NCBI GenBank assembly: GCA_963674825.1
Contig: OY771587.1
Span: 2,400,001-2,464,000, forward strand
Direction of reading: 5' to 3'
Source: Candidatus Cloacimonadales bacterium
GTDB lineage: Bacteria > Cloacimonadota > Cloacimonadia > Cloacimonadales > JAIOQZ01
Length of the DNA: 64,000 nucleotides
A model generated the notes under the pieces. It had not been told where the DNA came from, ran no database searches, and worked only from the letters and a program-made list of their open reading frames with translations. Position numbers and translations under genes: made by a program. Positions 63,899-64,000 of this stretch are shown here, in pieces. The first letter of the stretch is position 1, and every line of letters begins with the position of its first letter.

Positions 63899-64000
63899 AT
63901 GAGCAAAAGTTGCCCAATGCACAGCAGGATGGCGCATCATCCGGAGGAATTCAAGAAGTTGCTGAAAAACAGGCTGAGCCGGATTGAGGGCCAGATACGC
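63899..64000 (+). CDS. csoR: CsoR/RcnR-family metal-sensing repressor (5' part; runs off the window end)
   Basis: Read manually: AAGGAG RBS, then MSKSCPMHSRMAHHPEEFKKLLKNRLSRIEGQIR. RLxRIEGQ is the family signature. Confidence 0.85.
   Translation, partial: MSKSCPMHSRMAHHPEEFKKLLKNRLSRIEGQIR

Overview
Chromosomal, housekeeping-rich window from an anaerobic Gram-negative bacterium of roughly 50% GC (estimated by eye). It is most likely an FCB-group organism such as Cloacimonadota; this is inferred from the many secreted proteins ending in a 'PNPFNP' FlgD-Ig/T9SS-like domain and from the pheT-zapB-zapA-6S-rny synteny. Contents in order: the infC-rpmI-rplT-pheST-zapB-zapA-6S RNA-rny operon with an L20-leader attenuator; two orphan MacB/FtsX-type permeases around a secreted S8 protease; Eis-type GNAT and SdpI genes; a PadR-TolC-MFP-RND efflux operon; an FG-GAP protein; nfo; a GH31 glucosidase; a complete Pho locus (phoB-phoR-small sigma70 converging on pstSCAB-phoU, with Pho boxes); a gingipain-like C25 protein; cls; patatin; an ABC-F protein; an Stn-type (NuoE/NuoF/GltD-NuoG fusion) electron-bifurcating complex; CDF and CMD genes; a methyltransferase-lpoB lipoprotein operon; kbl; a C10 protease; and the start of csoR with its operator. 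No CRISPR array, rRNA, tRNA, prophage or transposase was seen. The most unusual signal is a ~75-aa ComEA-like double helix-hairpin-helix domain inserted in frame in phenylalanyl-tRNA synthetase beta (PheT). Next most notable are a compact sigma factor embedded in the Pho locus, patchworks of REP-like palindromes (one lying inside a coding sequence), and a C25 protein whose catalytic His appears to be replaced. All calls come from motif recognition by eye; no searches were run.
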